Assembly (NCBI GenBank): GCA_040755995.1
Contig: JBFMAF010000026.1
Location: 44,889-108,888 of the forward strand
Reading direction: 5' to 3'
Source of the DNA: Acidobacteriota bacterium
GTDB lineage: Bacteria; Acidobacteriota; CAIWXX01
Length of the DNA: 64,000 bases
A program made the position numbers and the translations under genes. Below the pieces are notes generated by a model. The model was not told the origin of the DNA and did not search any database. It saw nothing but the letters and a program-made list of their open reading frames with translations. Position 1 is the first letter of the stretch. Every line of letters begins with the position of its first letter. Shown piece by piece: positions 40,821 through 51,191 of the stretch.

Positions 40821-42205
40821 TACTGGGCGGCCAGGACCAGGTCATACATACGGCGGACACCGCCGAGGTAGCTGGCGAGCGGGATCCGTTCGTCGTTGGA
40901 ATGCCCGAGCTGCTGGGCGGTCTCCAGCTTGAACGGTTCGAACCCGTAGCAGGTGATCCCTAGCTTCCTGAAGTAGCCGGCGTCGGTGCTGTTCGCCAGA
41001 AGCGGTGTCGTTACGATGGCGCCCTTGTCGTACTGGCCCGCGATCTTGACGATGGCCTTGAAGAGGTCGGTAGTGACGGGCGAGAGGCTGCTCTCGCCGA
41101 GCAGCAGGGGGTGGACCTCGACGCCTGTGCCGTCCATAAGCGTCTGGAGCTTGGAGACGAAGTCGAGCGGGCTCTCACCCGGAAGGAGCCTGCAATCCAA
41201 CGTGGCGGTCGCCTCTGCCGGAATAATGCTCGCCCTGGATCCCGGCGTATTGAAGGACGTGACGGCCACCGTACTCTTCAGCATCGGTCCGTAGTCAGGA
41301 TTCTTCTCGACCGCGCTCAAGAACCCCGCGTTCTTAATGCTCTCGCGGATATTGAGGAACTGCTGCTTGCGCTCTCCGACCTGCAGCTTGGACAGATCCT
41401 GGAAGAACTTCTCGACGGTCGGCACCAACTTGACCTCGCTCTTGAATGCGAAGATGCGCTGGAGGGCCATCGCCAGCTTCTCGATCGCGGTGGGCTCGAA
41501 GGGGGGGAACGCCGCAAGCGCGGCCGGGCCTTTCGCCCGCAGCTCCAGCCAGCACGTAGTCTTCTCCGTCGGGCTGACTCCGTAATAGGCCACCTTCCCC
41601 TCGCTCATTCGAATGACGCTGCCCTGACCCAGCAGAAACTCCGCTCTCTCAATGAGCGTCTTGTGTTCCTTGGTGGACGTTATCCACCCGGCACCCGCCG
41701 AAGATCCGCCCTCGGCGTCGGCAACTGCCAGGAAGATCACCTGCCGGTTAAGCTTGGCCTTGGTGCGCTTCAACAGGAGCATGGTCATCAGCTGCGCCAT
41801 GCCGAGGCTCTTGTCGTCGATAGCTCCACGCCCCCAGACACTACCATCCTTGACCACACCGGCAAACGGGTCTTCTTTCCAGTATCTGCGTTCCGCGGGC
41901 GCGACATCGATGTGGTTGAGCAGGATGATCGGGCGCTTCTTTCCGCCCGTATCTATATAGGCGAAGAGATTGCCACGACCGGGCTTTGATTCGAGCAGGC
42001 GGCAGCGGATTGCCTCTTTCTCGAGCAGCGACTGCAGGTACTTGGCCGCCGCCGTTTCGTTGCCTGGCGGATTGGTGGTATCGATCCGGAGGTATTGCTG
42101 CAGATAGTCCGTGGCCTCCTTCTCCACCACCTTCCAGTCCACTCGTGCGGCACCCATCGCGGGCAAAGGGATCAATAGGGCGCAGAGCGCCAAGATGCGT
42201 TTCAT
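40820..42205 (-). CDS. Secreted M20/M25/M40 peptidase homologue, possibly inactive
   Basis: Signal peptide. TTNPPGNE, NHIDV, GRGAIDDK, HSNDERI, but ADAE in place of ADEE. Confidence 0.88.
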   Translation of the reverse strand: MKRILALCALLIPLPAMGAARVDWKVVEKEATDYLQQYLRIDTTNPPGNETAAAKYLQSLLEKEAIRCRLLESKPGRGNLFAYIDTGGKKRPIILLNHIDVAPAERRYWKEDPFAGVVKDGSVWGRGAIDDKSLGMAQLMTMLLLKRTKAKLNRQVIFLAVADAEGGSSAGAGWITSTKEHKTLIERAEFLLGQGSVIRMSEGKVAYYGVSPTEKTTCWLELRAKGPAALAAFPPFEPTAIEKLAMALQRIFAFKSEVKLVPTVEKFFQDLSKLQVGERKQQFLNIRESIKNAGFLSAVEKNPDYGPMLKSTVAVTSFNTPGSRASIIPAEATATLDCRLLPGESPLDFVSKLQTLMDGTGVEVHPLLLGESSLSPVTTDLFKAIVKIAGQYDKGAIVTTPLLANSTDAGYFRKLGITCYGFEPFKLETAQQLGHSNDERIPLASYLGGVRRMYDLVLAAQ

Positions 42206-42446
42206 GCTTGCTCTCCTATCGAAAATCGAAAAAAACCGCAGAGACGGCCAGTTGATCTCGGTCCGGCAGACCGTGTTGCATCGATGCGGCCCAGGCTGCC
42301 GCTGGGATCACCAGCTGACGATTCGGGCATTCTTGCTAGCAAGGTCATTTCCTGGGTTTTTCAGTTCGACTCATTATACGTAGAGCCTATGGGAAAGTGA
42401 AGCCCCCGTTGTGGAGCCGCGAAGCTCTGTATAGAATGCCAGTGCA

Positions 42447-43190
42447 ATGATCATCAGCAGTCGAGAGAACAGGCTCGTGAAGACGATCGCCGGGTACCTG
42501 GCCGGTCGCATACGCAAACCCTGGGTGGTGGTCGAGGGGCGGAAGAGCGTTCGGGAGATGCTGGATCTGGGCTTGAAGCCCGCCCACCTGATCGTCACAC
42601 AGGAGCACGACCACGTGGCGGAGGCGTACGGCGCACTGACTATCGTGACCGCACCGTTGTTCAAGGCTCTTAGCACCGTGCGGGAACCACAGGGCATACT
42701 GGCGGTATTCGAGGTCAAGGAGACGCCGGTTTCAGAGCTTGCCTGCCGGCCGGGGATGCTGCTGGTGCTGGACGGAATCCAGGATCCGGGGAATGTGGGG
42801 ACGATCATTCGCACGGCGGCGGCTTTCGATGCAGCTGGTGTGATCCTTGGTAGTGGCTGCGCGTCCCCGTATTCGCCCAAAACCTCCCGTAGCTCAACAG
42901 GCACCGTCGCGCGCGTGGCCATTTGCCAGGTTCGGGATTCGGCTACCGCGATAGCCGCCTTGGCGGAGGCGAGGAGATGGATCGCCGCTGTTCCAGCGGG
43001 AGGCAAGACACCAGCACAATGCCGTCTGGGCCCTGACTGCGGGCTCATACTGGGCGGGGAAGGCGCGGGACTCTCTGATGCCATGCTCCGGCGCGCCGAC
43101 GCCCTGGTCACGATACCGATCTCCGTTGAGTCGCTAAACGTCGCCGTCGCAGCCGGCATCCTCATGCACGAGGCGCGGCGTGCGCCGTAG
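42447..43190 (+). CDS. TrmH/SpoU family RNA methyltransferase
   Basis: VEGRK, DGIQDPGNVGTIIRTA, GGEGAGL, ESLNVAVAAGI. Confidence 0.93.
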   Translation: MIISSRENRLVKTIAGYLAGRIRKPWVVVEGRKSVREMLDLGLKPAHLIVTQEHDHVAEAYGALTIVTAPLFKALSTVREPQGILAVFEVKETPVSELACRPGMLLVLDGIQDPGNVGTIIRTAAAFDAAGVILGSGCASPYSPKTSRSSTGTVARVAICQVRDSATAIAALAEARRWIAAVPAGGKTPAQCRLGPDCGLILGGEGAGLSDAMLRRADALVTIPISVESLNVAVAAGILMHEARRAP

Positions 43191-43383
43191 GCCGAGGTGT
43201 GCCGCCACGAAGTCGATACCGCCGGACTTGTGAGGGATGCACATGCTTGACGTGTGTCGGGAATTCGATATTGTAGAGTCAGACTGAATGCGGAGCTGCG
43301 TCAGGGTTCCGGACCAGGAGAGAGGGCAGTATTGATGGCAGCGCAACCAGTGCTCATGCGCTTTCCAGTGTAGGGGTCGTGGT

Positions 43384-45945
43384 ATGTTTTGGCAGCGTCT
43401 GCGCGAGGTCTTGGGCATGGAGTCGAACCGTCGCCGACCGCCCAGCATTTCGGAGAGATTCTCCCTCTTCAGGGAAATCGGCTCTGCCAACGACGAATTC
43501 CTCAGACGCCTGGCGGAGATGATGGAGGACGGAGCCGCAGGCAGGAGGATGGGGACGACGCGGGCGATCTACGAATCGCTGAGCGCGCCCATCGGCACCA
43601 TGGTCAGGGCACTTGCTTCCATGTCCGGCGGCGGCTATCCGGATCTTCTGGTTCGCCATGAGACATTGGATGGTGAGTTCAGGGCGGAGCTGCTGAAGGA
43701 GCAAGCTCAGGAGACCGGGCCGCTGGTCGTCACTCCGGACCACCCGGACGCTCTCCGGCCGGATCTCGTCGGACCGAAGGCCGCCCGTCTGGCCGAAGTG
43801 ATGACCCGCGCCGGCCTGCATGTGCCTCCTTTCTTCGCTGTCACCGTCTCCGGCTATCGTCGATTCATGAACGGTACGGGCTTGCAGAACCTGGTCGCTG
43901 CAACGATTTGGTCCACCGACTTGCGAGACAGGCGGCAGCTTCGCGACGCCTGCGAGAAGTGCCGCTCGGCCATCGAGGCTGCGCGCCTGCCGGTGGACCT
44001 GGAGGAGAACATGCGCCAGGCCTTCCGGGCGCTCCGTGAGAAGCACCCCGGCAAGTACGGTGTGGCCGTACGGTCGAGCGCGACGGTGGAGGACAGCGAG
44101 AGCTCGTTTGCCGGCCAGTTCGAAAGTGTCTTGAACGTCACAGAGGAAGGGCTTGCGCAGGCGTACAAGCAGGTAGTCGCCAGCAAGTATCGATTCGAGG
44201 CGCTGCAGTATGCAGTCGCGAGAGGGTTCCTGGATGACGACGTCGCCATGCCTGTAATGGTAATGGCGATGGTGCAACCGACAGCGGCCGGAGTGGCATA
44301 CTCGCGCGACGCGGAGCATCCGGACTGCAGGGTAGTGACGGCGGTCCGAGGGCTGGCGCAGCCACTCGTCGACGGACGCGCCATCCCTGACCGGTTCGTG
44401 GTCTCCCGATCGACACCGGCCGAAATCGTAGAGATGTTGCTGGGCCCGCAGACGCTGCAGCTCCGGTGCGCACAAGATGGCGGCATCGAGGAGATGTCGC
44501 AGGAGGAGCCGGGGCCTGGAACGGCTTCCATCGAGCCCGAGGTAGCGCGCCGGATTGCGCACGTGGCAGGAGGACTCGAGCGCCACTTCGGCGAGCCGCA
44601 GGACATCGAGTGGGCTCTGGATGAGAATGGAGATCTCATGATCGTACAGACGCGGCCACTCCACACCGCAGCGGCGGAAGCGGAGGGAAGCGAAGAAGCC
44701 CGAGCGCTGATCGAAGGGTACCGCGTTCTGGCTCGGGCGGCGATTCGCGCGTCTGGAGGCACGGCGTGCGGGCAAGTCCACCGCGTCGCCGACCCAACCG
44801 CCGTAGTCGACGTGCCGAATGATTCGGTGCTGGTCGTCCCGCACACGTCCCCCCGCCTGGCGGGTTTCATGGGGAGCATCCGCGCAATCGTGGCAGCGAC
44901 AGGAAGCCCCACCGGGCACATGGCCACCGTGGCCCGTGAATTCGGCGTGCCGTGCCTGGTCGGAATCGAGACATCTCTGAGCAGCCTGCAAGAAGGCATG
45001 GTCGTGACGGTGGATGCATGGTCCAAAGTCGTCTACGAGGGAGAAGTTCCGGAGGTCCTCCAGAGCCCGGCGGCTCGATCCGGCCACACCGGGGCCCGCC
45101 GCGATCCTCTGCGCGAATCCGCCGAACGACTGCTCAGCCGCGTCGCGCCGCTGACCTTGACCGACCCCGAGTCCCCGGAGTTCGTCCCCGCGAACTGCCA
45201 GACTCTCCACGACTTCGCACGCTTCGTTCACCAACGGGCCATGATCGAGATGTTCGAGGTCCAGTCGCTGTCCGCGAGGGAGCGGCGCCATGCCCGCCGC
45301 CTCGCATGGAAGGTTCCGATGGAGGTGGTGCTGCTCGACCTCGGGGGCGGTGTCGAACAGGATGGGGGATTCCGAGTGCCGATCGAGAAGGTCGTCTCGG
45401 TCCCACTGTGCGCTCTGATCGAAGGCATGACCGATCCCCGGCTGCGCTGGGCCGGCCCGGTGGGCTTCGACCTGAAAGGCTTCATGTCGGTGGTTGTGCG
45501 GAGCGCTGCCGACGACCAGCGATATGGCGAGCCGAGTTACGCCATATGCTCGAAGGATTACGTCCACTTCTCCTCGCGGCTGGCCTACCACTTCGCCACC
45601 GTCGACTCCGTCTGCGGCGCGTCCGTGAATGAGAACTACGCCCGCTTCCTCTTTTACGGCGGCGCTGCCATCTCGGCGCGGCGCGAATGGCGCGCCCACT
45701 TCCTCGCCAAGGTCCTCCAGTCCAATGGATTCAACGTGAAGCTCACGGGAGACCGCGTGGAGGCCGTACTGGCGAAGAGAGCGGCCGATGTGTTGGAGGA
45801 GACATTGGTGATGCTGGGACGCCTGATGGTCGCCTCGCGCCACCTCGACATGCTCATGGAAAGCTCGGCCACCGCCGAGCTGTTCTCTCGTGCCTTCCTC
45901 TCAGGCGACTTCGGCTTCGAAACCGTGCGCAAGCTGGGACCCTAG
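43384..45945 (+). CDS. PEP-synthase/PPDK-like protein A (ATP-grasp + phosphohistidine domain + uncharacterised C-terminal domain)
   Basis: GPKAARL, VRSSATVED, SFAGQFES, PQDIEWA, QTRP, phospho-His GSPTGHMATVAREFGVP. No PEP-binding barrel. Confidence 0.9.
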   Translation: MFWQRLREVLGMESNRRRPPSISERFSLFREIGSANDEFLRRLAEMMEDGAAGRRMGTTRAIYESLSAPIGTMVRALASMSGGGYPDLLVRHETLDGEFRAELLKEQAQETGPLVVTPDHPDALRPDLVGPKAARLAEVMTRAGLHVPPFFAVTVSGYRRFMNGTGLQNLVAATIWSTDLRDRRQLRDACEKCRSAIEAARLPVDLEENMRQAFRALREKHPGKYGVAVRSSATVEDSESSFAGQFESVLNVTEEGLAQAYKQVVASKYRFEALQYAVARGFLDDDVAMPVMVMAMVQPTAAGVAYSRDAEHPDCRVVTAVRGLAQPLVDGRAIPDRFVVSRSTPAEIVEMLLGPQTLQLRCAQDGGIEEMSQEEPGPGTASIEPEVARRIAHVAGGLERHFGEPQDIEWALDENGDLMIVQTRPLHTAAAEAEGSEEARALIEGYRVLARAAIRASGGTACGQVHRVADPTAVVDVPNDSVLVVPHTSPRLAGFMGSIRAIVAATGSPTGHMATVAREFGVPCLVGIETSLSSLQEGMVVTVDAWSKVVYEGEVPEVLQSPAARSGHTGARRDPLRESAERLLSRVAPLTLTDPESPEFVPANCQTLHDFARFVHQRAMIEMFEVQSLSARERRHARRLAWKVPMEVVLLDLGGGVEQDGGFRVPIEKVVSVPLCALIEGMTDPRLRWAGPVGFDLKGFMSVVVRSAADDQRYGEPSYAICSKDYVHFSSRLAYHFATVDSVCGASVNENYARFLFYGGAAISARREWRAHFLAKVLQSNGFNVKLTGDRVEAVLAKRAADVLEETLVMLGRLMVASRHLDMLMESSATAELFSRAFLSGDFGFETVRKLGP

Positions 45946-46101
45946 TCGGCTCGAGGCGAAGAAGATGCTGCCATCGAGTCGAGTCTGCGGGGCGGCGCAT
46001 CAGTGCCACTCTCTACTCTCCACCCTCTACTCTCTACGCGAGGCGCGGCCGACGCAGCCTCGCGTTGTTATTCGGTCCGAGGCCGCGCCTCGTTAGGGAA
46101 C

Positions 46102-48705
46102 ATGGGATTTCTGCGGAACCTGTTCATCCGCCGCCCTCCCGTCCGCGAGGTGCTGCGGCAGAAGTACAAGAGCTTTCGCCGCCTGCTCGCGACCAACGGC
46201 GCCGTGCTCGAGTTGATCACAGATCTGGAGGGTGCGATCGCGTCGGGCACGGGCATGTCTTCGGAAAAGCTCAGGGCGCTTCTGGATACGATGGAGGAGC
46301 GAGTCCGGTCGATGGTGCAGGATCTGAACGTGATCGCCGAGGGCCGGTACGCGAGCCTCGCGCAGAACGTCGCCAGGATCTCGGCGGAGATCGAGGAGGC
46401 GCTCAGGAGCGTGCGCGGCACCGCTGTGACGCCCGCGTGTCTCCCTCTCGAGGATGTAAACCGCGCTCTCGCCGACGCCGTCGGCGGGAAGGTCGCGAAC
46501 CTGGGCGAGGTTCGAAATGTAGTAGGTCTCCCGGTGCCCTTTGGCTTTGCCGTGACGGCGTTCGCCTACAGGTCTTTCATCGAAGGTGCGGGACTGCAGG
46601 GTCGCATCACGGAGCTGTGGAACTCCATCGACTGGGACGACCTTTCAACTGTGACGCGTGCTTCCGGCGAGATCCGTCGTCTGGTGCTCGGGGCCGAACT
46701 GCCGCAGGACGTGCGCGAGAACATCACGCTGGCCGCCCACGATCTCTATCGAAAGGCGCCGGGCCGGCCGCGCATCTCACTGCGCTCGAGCGCGATCGGC
46801 GAGGACAGCTACGCATCTTTCGCAGGGCAGTATGCCACCTACCTGAATGTGCCGCTTGAACAGGTGTTGAGGCGCTATCGAGAGACGGTGGCGAGCAAGT
46901 TCAGCGCGCGGGCGCTGGTCTACATGCATTCGAAGGGCTTCCGCGAGGAAGATCTCGCCATGAGCGTCGGCTGCTTCTTGATGGTGGATGCCGTCGCCGC
47001 GGGGGTGGCATACTCGGTGAACCCGTCCGACTCGAACCTCGACACCATGGTGATCAGCGCCGTCTGGGGGCTTGGCAGACCCGTTGTCGACGGGTCAGTC
47101 ACCCCTGACACCTACCTGCTGCCTCGGAGGCATGGAGGAGGCGGGCCGCAGCTGACGGTGGTCCGGAAGCCCACTCGCCTCGTAGCGGGCCCGCAGGAAG
47201 GTGTCGTGGAGGAGAACGTCCCGGAGGAGATGCAGGACAGCCCGTGTCTCACCGAAGAGCAGATACACAAGCTGGGGGAGTACGTCAGGGCGCTCGAGAA
47301 CCACTACCGCGCGCCTCAGGACGTGGAATGGGCGCTGGATCGCCAGGGCCGGCTCTTCATTCTGCAGACGCGCCCGCTGAGCTTGCCGGGCGGATTGGAC
47401 GAACTGAAGGTCGACGAGTCGGCGCTCGCGCGCTACACCGTGCTGCTCACCGGCGGGGTGACCGCCTGCCCCGGGGTGGGCGCGGGCCCCGTCTCGAGGG
47501 TGGGGGTCGACGACGACCTCGCCCGATTCCCGCAGGGCGGAGTCCTGGTCGCTCTGCAGAACTCGCCGCGGTTCGTGCAGGTGATGAATCGAGCCGCAGC
47601 GATCGTTACCCAGGTCGGCAGCGCCACGGGTCACATGGCCTCCCTCACGCGCGAGTACAGGGTCCCGACGATCACCAACTTGGTGCAGGCCGCGGCACTG
47701 GAAAACGGGACCGTGATCACAGTTGACGCGACTCATTGCCGCATCCTGGCCGGGCGCGCGGAGGAGCTCATCCTGGCAAGCGGGGCATCCCGCCCATCGC
47801 AACGCGACCTGCCATCGCTTGCTGTGCTCGGGCGCATCGCAGGACGCATCACGCGCCTGAATCTGACCGATCCTTCCAAGAACTCCTTCCGCGCCAAGAA
47901 CTGCCGTACCTACCATGATGTGGTCCGGTTCTGTCACGAGATGGCCATCTCCGAGATGTTCAACATCAGCGACCCCCGGAGCCTCCGTGACCGCGGGATG
48001 GCATTCCGGCTGCAAACGACGCTGCCCGGCGAGATCTATCTTATCGACCTGGGTGGAGGCGCAAACGTCGCGGCCGGCAGCCGCCTTGTCGCCCCCGAGC
48101 AAGTCATATCCATACCGATGCGTGCCCTGTATCGGGGAATGACGACCCCGGGCGTTCTGTGGGCGGATATCCGCCAAGCCGGCCCTCCTGACGCCTTTTC
48201 GATCTGGCTGGATTCGACTCTCGATGCGGCGCACGACGAGGCTGTCTTCAGTGAAAGCTCTTACGCTCTCGTCGGCGCCAACTACGTCAACTTCGGCTCT
48301 CGTCTCGGGTATCACCTGACGACGCTGGAGGCCGTGTGCAGCGAGACGAACCAGGAGAATTCCATCATCTTCCGATTCAAGGGGGGGGCGGCCGACCTCA
48401 GGCGCCGGGAGCGGCGCGTCCGGTTCATCGGCGAGGTGATGCAGGCGCACGGATTCGAAGTCGTGCGTCGACAGGATCTGCTCAATGCCTGGGTCAACGG
48501 GCTGCCGCAGCACAGAACTGAGGACCTGCTCGCGATGCTCGGGCGGCTCATCGGATGCGCTCGCCAGCTCGACGTGGTCATGGACACCGAAGCCACGGTC
48601 GCAGCGTGCGTGGAAGCGTTCATGCGCGGAGACTACGCGTTCTTCGAGTTCCGCCGGCCGGGCGGTTCGAAATTCGTGGATTCGGAGAGCATCAAGCGTG
48701 TATAA
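46102..48705 (+). CDS. PEP-synthase/PPDK-like protein B (paralogue)
   Basis: GGKVANLGE, RSSAIGED, SFAGQY, PQDVEWA, QTRP, GSATGHMASLTREY, CRTYHDVVRFCHE, SRLGYH. Confidence 0.9.
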   Translation: MGFLRNLFIRRPPVREVLRQKYKSFRRLLATNGAVLELITDLEGAIASGTGMSSEKLRALLDTMEERVRSMVQDLNVIAEGRYASLAQNVARISAEIEEALRSVRGTAVTPACLPLEDVNRALADAVGGKVANLGEVRNVVGLPVPFGFAVTAFAYRSFIEGAGLQGRITELWNSIDWDDLSTVTRASGEIRRLVLGAELPQDVRENITLAAHDLYRKAPGRPRISLRSSAIGEDSYASFAGQYATYLNVPLEQVLRRYRETVASKFSARALVYMHSKGFREEDLAMSVGCFLMVDAVAAGVAYSVNPSDSNLDTMVISAVWGLGRPVVDGSVTPDTYLLPRRHGGGGPQLTVVRKPTRLVAGPQEGVVEENVPEEMQDSPCLTEEQIHKLGEYVRALENHYRAPQDVEWALDRQGRLFILQTRPLSLPGGLDELKVDESALARYTVLLTGGVTACPGVGAGPVSRVGVDDDLARFPQGGVLVALQNSPRFVQVMNRAAAIVTQVGSATGHMASLTREYRVPTITNLVQAAALENGTVITVDATHCRILAGRAEELILASGASRPSQRDLPSLAVLGRIAGRITRLNLTDPSKNSFRAKNCRTYHDVVRFCHEMAISEMFNISDPRSLRDRGMAFRLQTTLPGEIYLIDLGGGANVAAGSRLVAPEQVISIPMRALYRGMTTPGVLWADIRQAGPPDAFSIWLDSTLDAAHDEAVFSESSYALVGANYVNFGSRLGYHLTTLEAVCSETNQENSIIFRFKGGAADLRRRERRVRFIGEVMQAHGFEVVRRQDLLNAWVNGLPQHRTEDLLAMLGRLIGCARQLDVVMDTEATVAACVEAFMRGDYAFFEFRRPGGSKFVDSESIKRV

Positions 48706-48828
48706 TGACTTCCCGCGATGAAGCAGATGGACGCTCGCCGCGGGGACTCCGATCATCACCACAGGCGCATCCGTCAATCGTATGTCTGCGACTGGCCGTG
48801 CGGCGGGGCGCACCGGGACGCGGAGGGT

Positions 48829-48897
48829 GCTATACAGCGCGTCATAAGTCCACAGCAGATTCAACCGCTCGACGCAGTGTATGACGCGCTGTATAGC
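48829..48897. repeat. Palindromic dispersed element, copy 2
   Basis: Perfect 18-bp inverted repeat GCTATACAGCGCGTCATA / TATGACGCGCTGTATAGC around a 33-nt core. Confidence 0.88.
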
Positions 48898-49010
48898 CGC
48901 GTTCTCAGGCTCTGCGCTCCCGTCTGTTGCAGTGCGCTACGCGCAGGCGCGGGTGATCAATCGGTCATTTCCACGCCCACCGGCGCATCGATACGCCGCA
49001 GAGGTGTGGA

Positions 49011-51188
49011 ATGCTGAAGCGGGTTTTCCCGTTTCTGGAATGGTTCAGGAGCTACGATCTCGGGAACCTGCGGGCTGATGTCATCGCGGGGCTGACCGTT
49101 GCCCTGGTGTTGATACCGCAGTCGATGGCGTACGCGCAGCTCGCGGGGCTGCCGGCGTACTACGGTCTTTACGCTTCGTTCCTGCCGCCGATCGCGGCCT
49201 CGCTGTTCGGGTCTAGCCGCCAGCTCGCTACGGGTCCGGTGGCTGTGGTTTCGCTGATGACGGCGGCGGCTCTGGAGCCGTTCGCGACGCGAGGCAGTGA
49301 TGCCTTCGTCGCGTACGCGATTCTGATGGCGCTGGTTGTGGGGCTTCTGCAGTTGGCGCTGGGCATCCTGAGGCTGGGCCTCGTGGTGAATTTCCTCAGC
49401 CATCCGGTGGTGAACGGTTTCACAAACGGGGCCGCCATCATCATAGCGACATCTCAGCTTTCCAAGATCTTCGGTGTCTACGTGGATGAAGCCGAGCATC
49501 ACTACGAGACGATCTACCGCGTAGTCAAGGCTGCGCTTGCATACACCCACTGGCCCTCGTTCGCGCTTGCGGTGCTGGCGTTCGCGCTGATGTATGGGAT
49601 CAAGCGATTCAATCCTAGAATTCCGTATGTGCTGGTGGCCGTCATCGTCACGGCATTTATCGCGTGGATGACGGGGTTCGAGCACGACGTGAAGGTCGGG
49701 ATATCCGCGATTCAATCGGAGGGTGTGAAGGCGAAGATACGCGAGTTCAACCGCACGATCGCTGAGATTGACGAGGTTGGGGCTGAGCGAGCCGCCCTGG
49801 GGGCGCGGATAATGGATGTCGAGGAGAAGGGTGGATCCCATTCGTTGGAGCTGCTGGAGCTTCGTCACCGTAGTGACGAGATCACGTTGCGGCTGGAGGA
49901 TCTCAAGGAAGGGAACTATTTCCAGCGGGATTATCTACGTTCGCTGCATTTCGTGGGGACGGCTGGGGCGGACGGTGACCTGCTGCTATGTCTGGCAGGA
50001 GAAGCGCCTGCGGACGCTGCGGTCGATGGAAAGTACTACCGGATTCGTGCGGCCAATCGCACGATCGACGAATCGAAGATCACGTTCATTGGTGGCGGTT
50101 CACTGGTGGGGGTCGTGCCGAAGGGGATACCTCTGCCGAAGGTGCCGGCCATCGACATGAGGGTCATGCTGCAGCTGCTGCCTGTCGCCGCCGTCATCTC
50201 GCTGCTCGGCTTCATGGAGGCAATCTCGATTGCAAAGGCCATGGCCGCCAAGACCGGGCAGCGGCTTGACCCGAATCAGGAGCTCATCGGGCAGGGGTTG
50301 GCGAATATCATGGGCGCGGCGACCCAAGGCTACCCGGTCTCAGGCTCCTTCTCTCGATCCGCCGTCAACCTGCAGGCGGGTGCAGTGACGGGGATGTCGA
50401 GCGTGTTTACCGGAGGCATCGTTCTCATCACCCTTCTGTTCCTGACGCCGACGCTTTATTACATTCCACAGTCGGTGCTCGCAGCAATCATCATGATGGC
50501 TGTGGTGAGCCTCTTGAACGTGCGTGGCTTCGTCCACGCGTGGCATGCCCAGAAATACGACGGACTTTTTGCTGTGATCAGCTTCGTCGCTACGCTGGTC
50601 TTCGCCCCGCACCTGGACAAGGGGATCATGTTCGGCGTTGCGCTGTCGCTCGGACACTACCTCTACCGGAACATGAAGCCGGGCGTGGCGAGTCTGTCCA
50701 TGCACCCGGACTGCTCGCTGAGAGACGCAGAGCGCTGGAACCTCAGGCAGTGCAAGTACATGGCGGTGATCCGTTTCGACGGGCCGCTTTTCTTCGCAAA
50801 CACGAGCTACCTGGAGGACCGGATTACGGAACGGATCAAGGCTATGCCGGAGCTGAGGCACGTGCTGATTGTGGCTCACGGCATCAACGAGCTCGACGCC
50901 TCGGGCGAGGAGATGCTCTCACTGTTGGTGGACCGCCTGCGGGCGGCCGGGTACGAGCTGTCGTTCAGCGGGTTGAAGGACACGGTTGTGGACGTCTTGA
51001 AGCGTACCCACCTTTATGAAAAGATAGGTGGAGAGCACATGTATCCCACGCAAGCCATCGCTCTGGATGCGATCCACGCCCGCGCGCACGTGGATTCCGA
51101 CGAAGAGGAATGCCCGCTGGTCACCGTCTGCCCCATCGAGAGGTTCAGGGCAATGGAGATGGCCAGGACCATGGAGGCAAGGAGATAG
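49011..51188 (+). CDS. SulP/SLC26 anion transporter with STAS domain
   Basis: ADVIAGLTVALVLIPQSMAYA, GSSRQLATGP, PNQELIGQG, GSFSRSAVN, RFDGPLFFAN. Confidence 0.95.
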   Translation: MLKRVFPFLEWFRSYDLGNLRADVIAGLTVALVLIPQSMAYAQLAGLPAYYGLYASFLPPIAASLFGSSRQLATGPVAVVSLMTAAALEPFATRGSDAFVAYAILMALVVGLLQLALGILRLGLVVNFLSHPVVNGFTNGAAIIIATSQLSKIFGVYVDEAEHHYETIYRVVKAALAYTHWPSFALAVLAFALMYGIKRFNPRIPYVLVAVIVTAFIAWMTGFEHDVKVGISAIQSEGVKAKIREFNRTIAEIDEVGAERAALGARIMDVEEKGGSHSLELLELRHRSDEITLRLEDLKEGNYFQRDYLRSLHFVGTAGADGDLLLCLAGEAPADAAVDGKYYRIRAANRTIDESKITFIGGGSLVGVVPKGIPLPKVPAIDMRVMLQLLPVAAVISLLGFMEAISIAKAMAAKTGQRLDPNQELIGQGLANIMGAATQGYPVSGSFSRSAVNLQAGAVTGMSSVFTGGIVLITLLFLTPTLYYIPQSVLAAIIMMAVVSLLNVRGFVHAWHAQKYDGLFAVISFVATLVFAPHLDKGIMFGVALSLGHYLYRNMKPGVASLSMHPDCSLRDAERWNLRQCKYMAVIRFDGPLFFANTSYLEDRITERIKAMPELRHVLIVAHGINELDASGEEMLSLLVDRLRAAGYELSFSGLKDTVVDVLKRTHLYEKIGGEHMYPTQAIALDAIHARAHVDSDEEECPLVTVCPIERFRAMEMARTMEARR

Positions 51189-51191
51189 TCC

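Noticed and set aside
43354..45843. 829-aa minus-strand ORF (also 47095-48864)
   Set aside because: Antisense shadows of the dikinase-like genes.
43384..48705. Naming these genes ppsA or ppdK
   Set aside because: The C-terminal PEP/pyruvate-binding barrel is absent, so the symbol is not justified.
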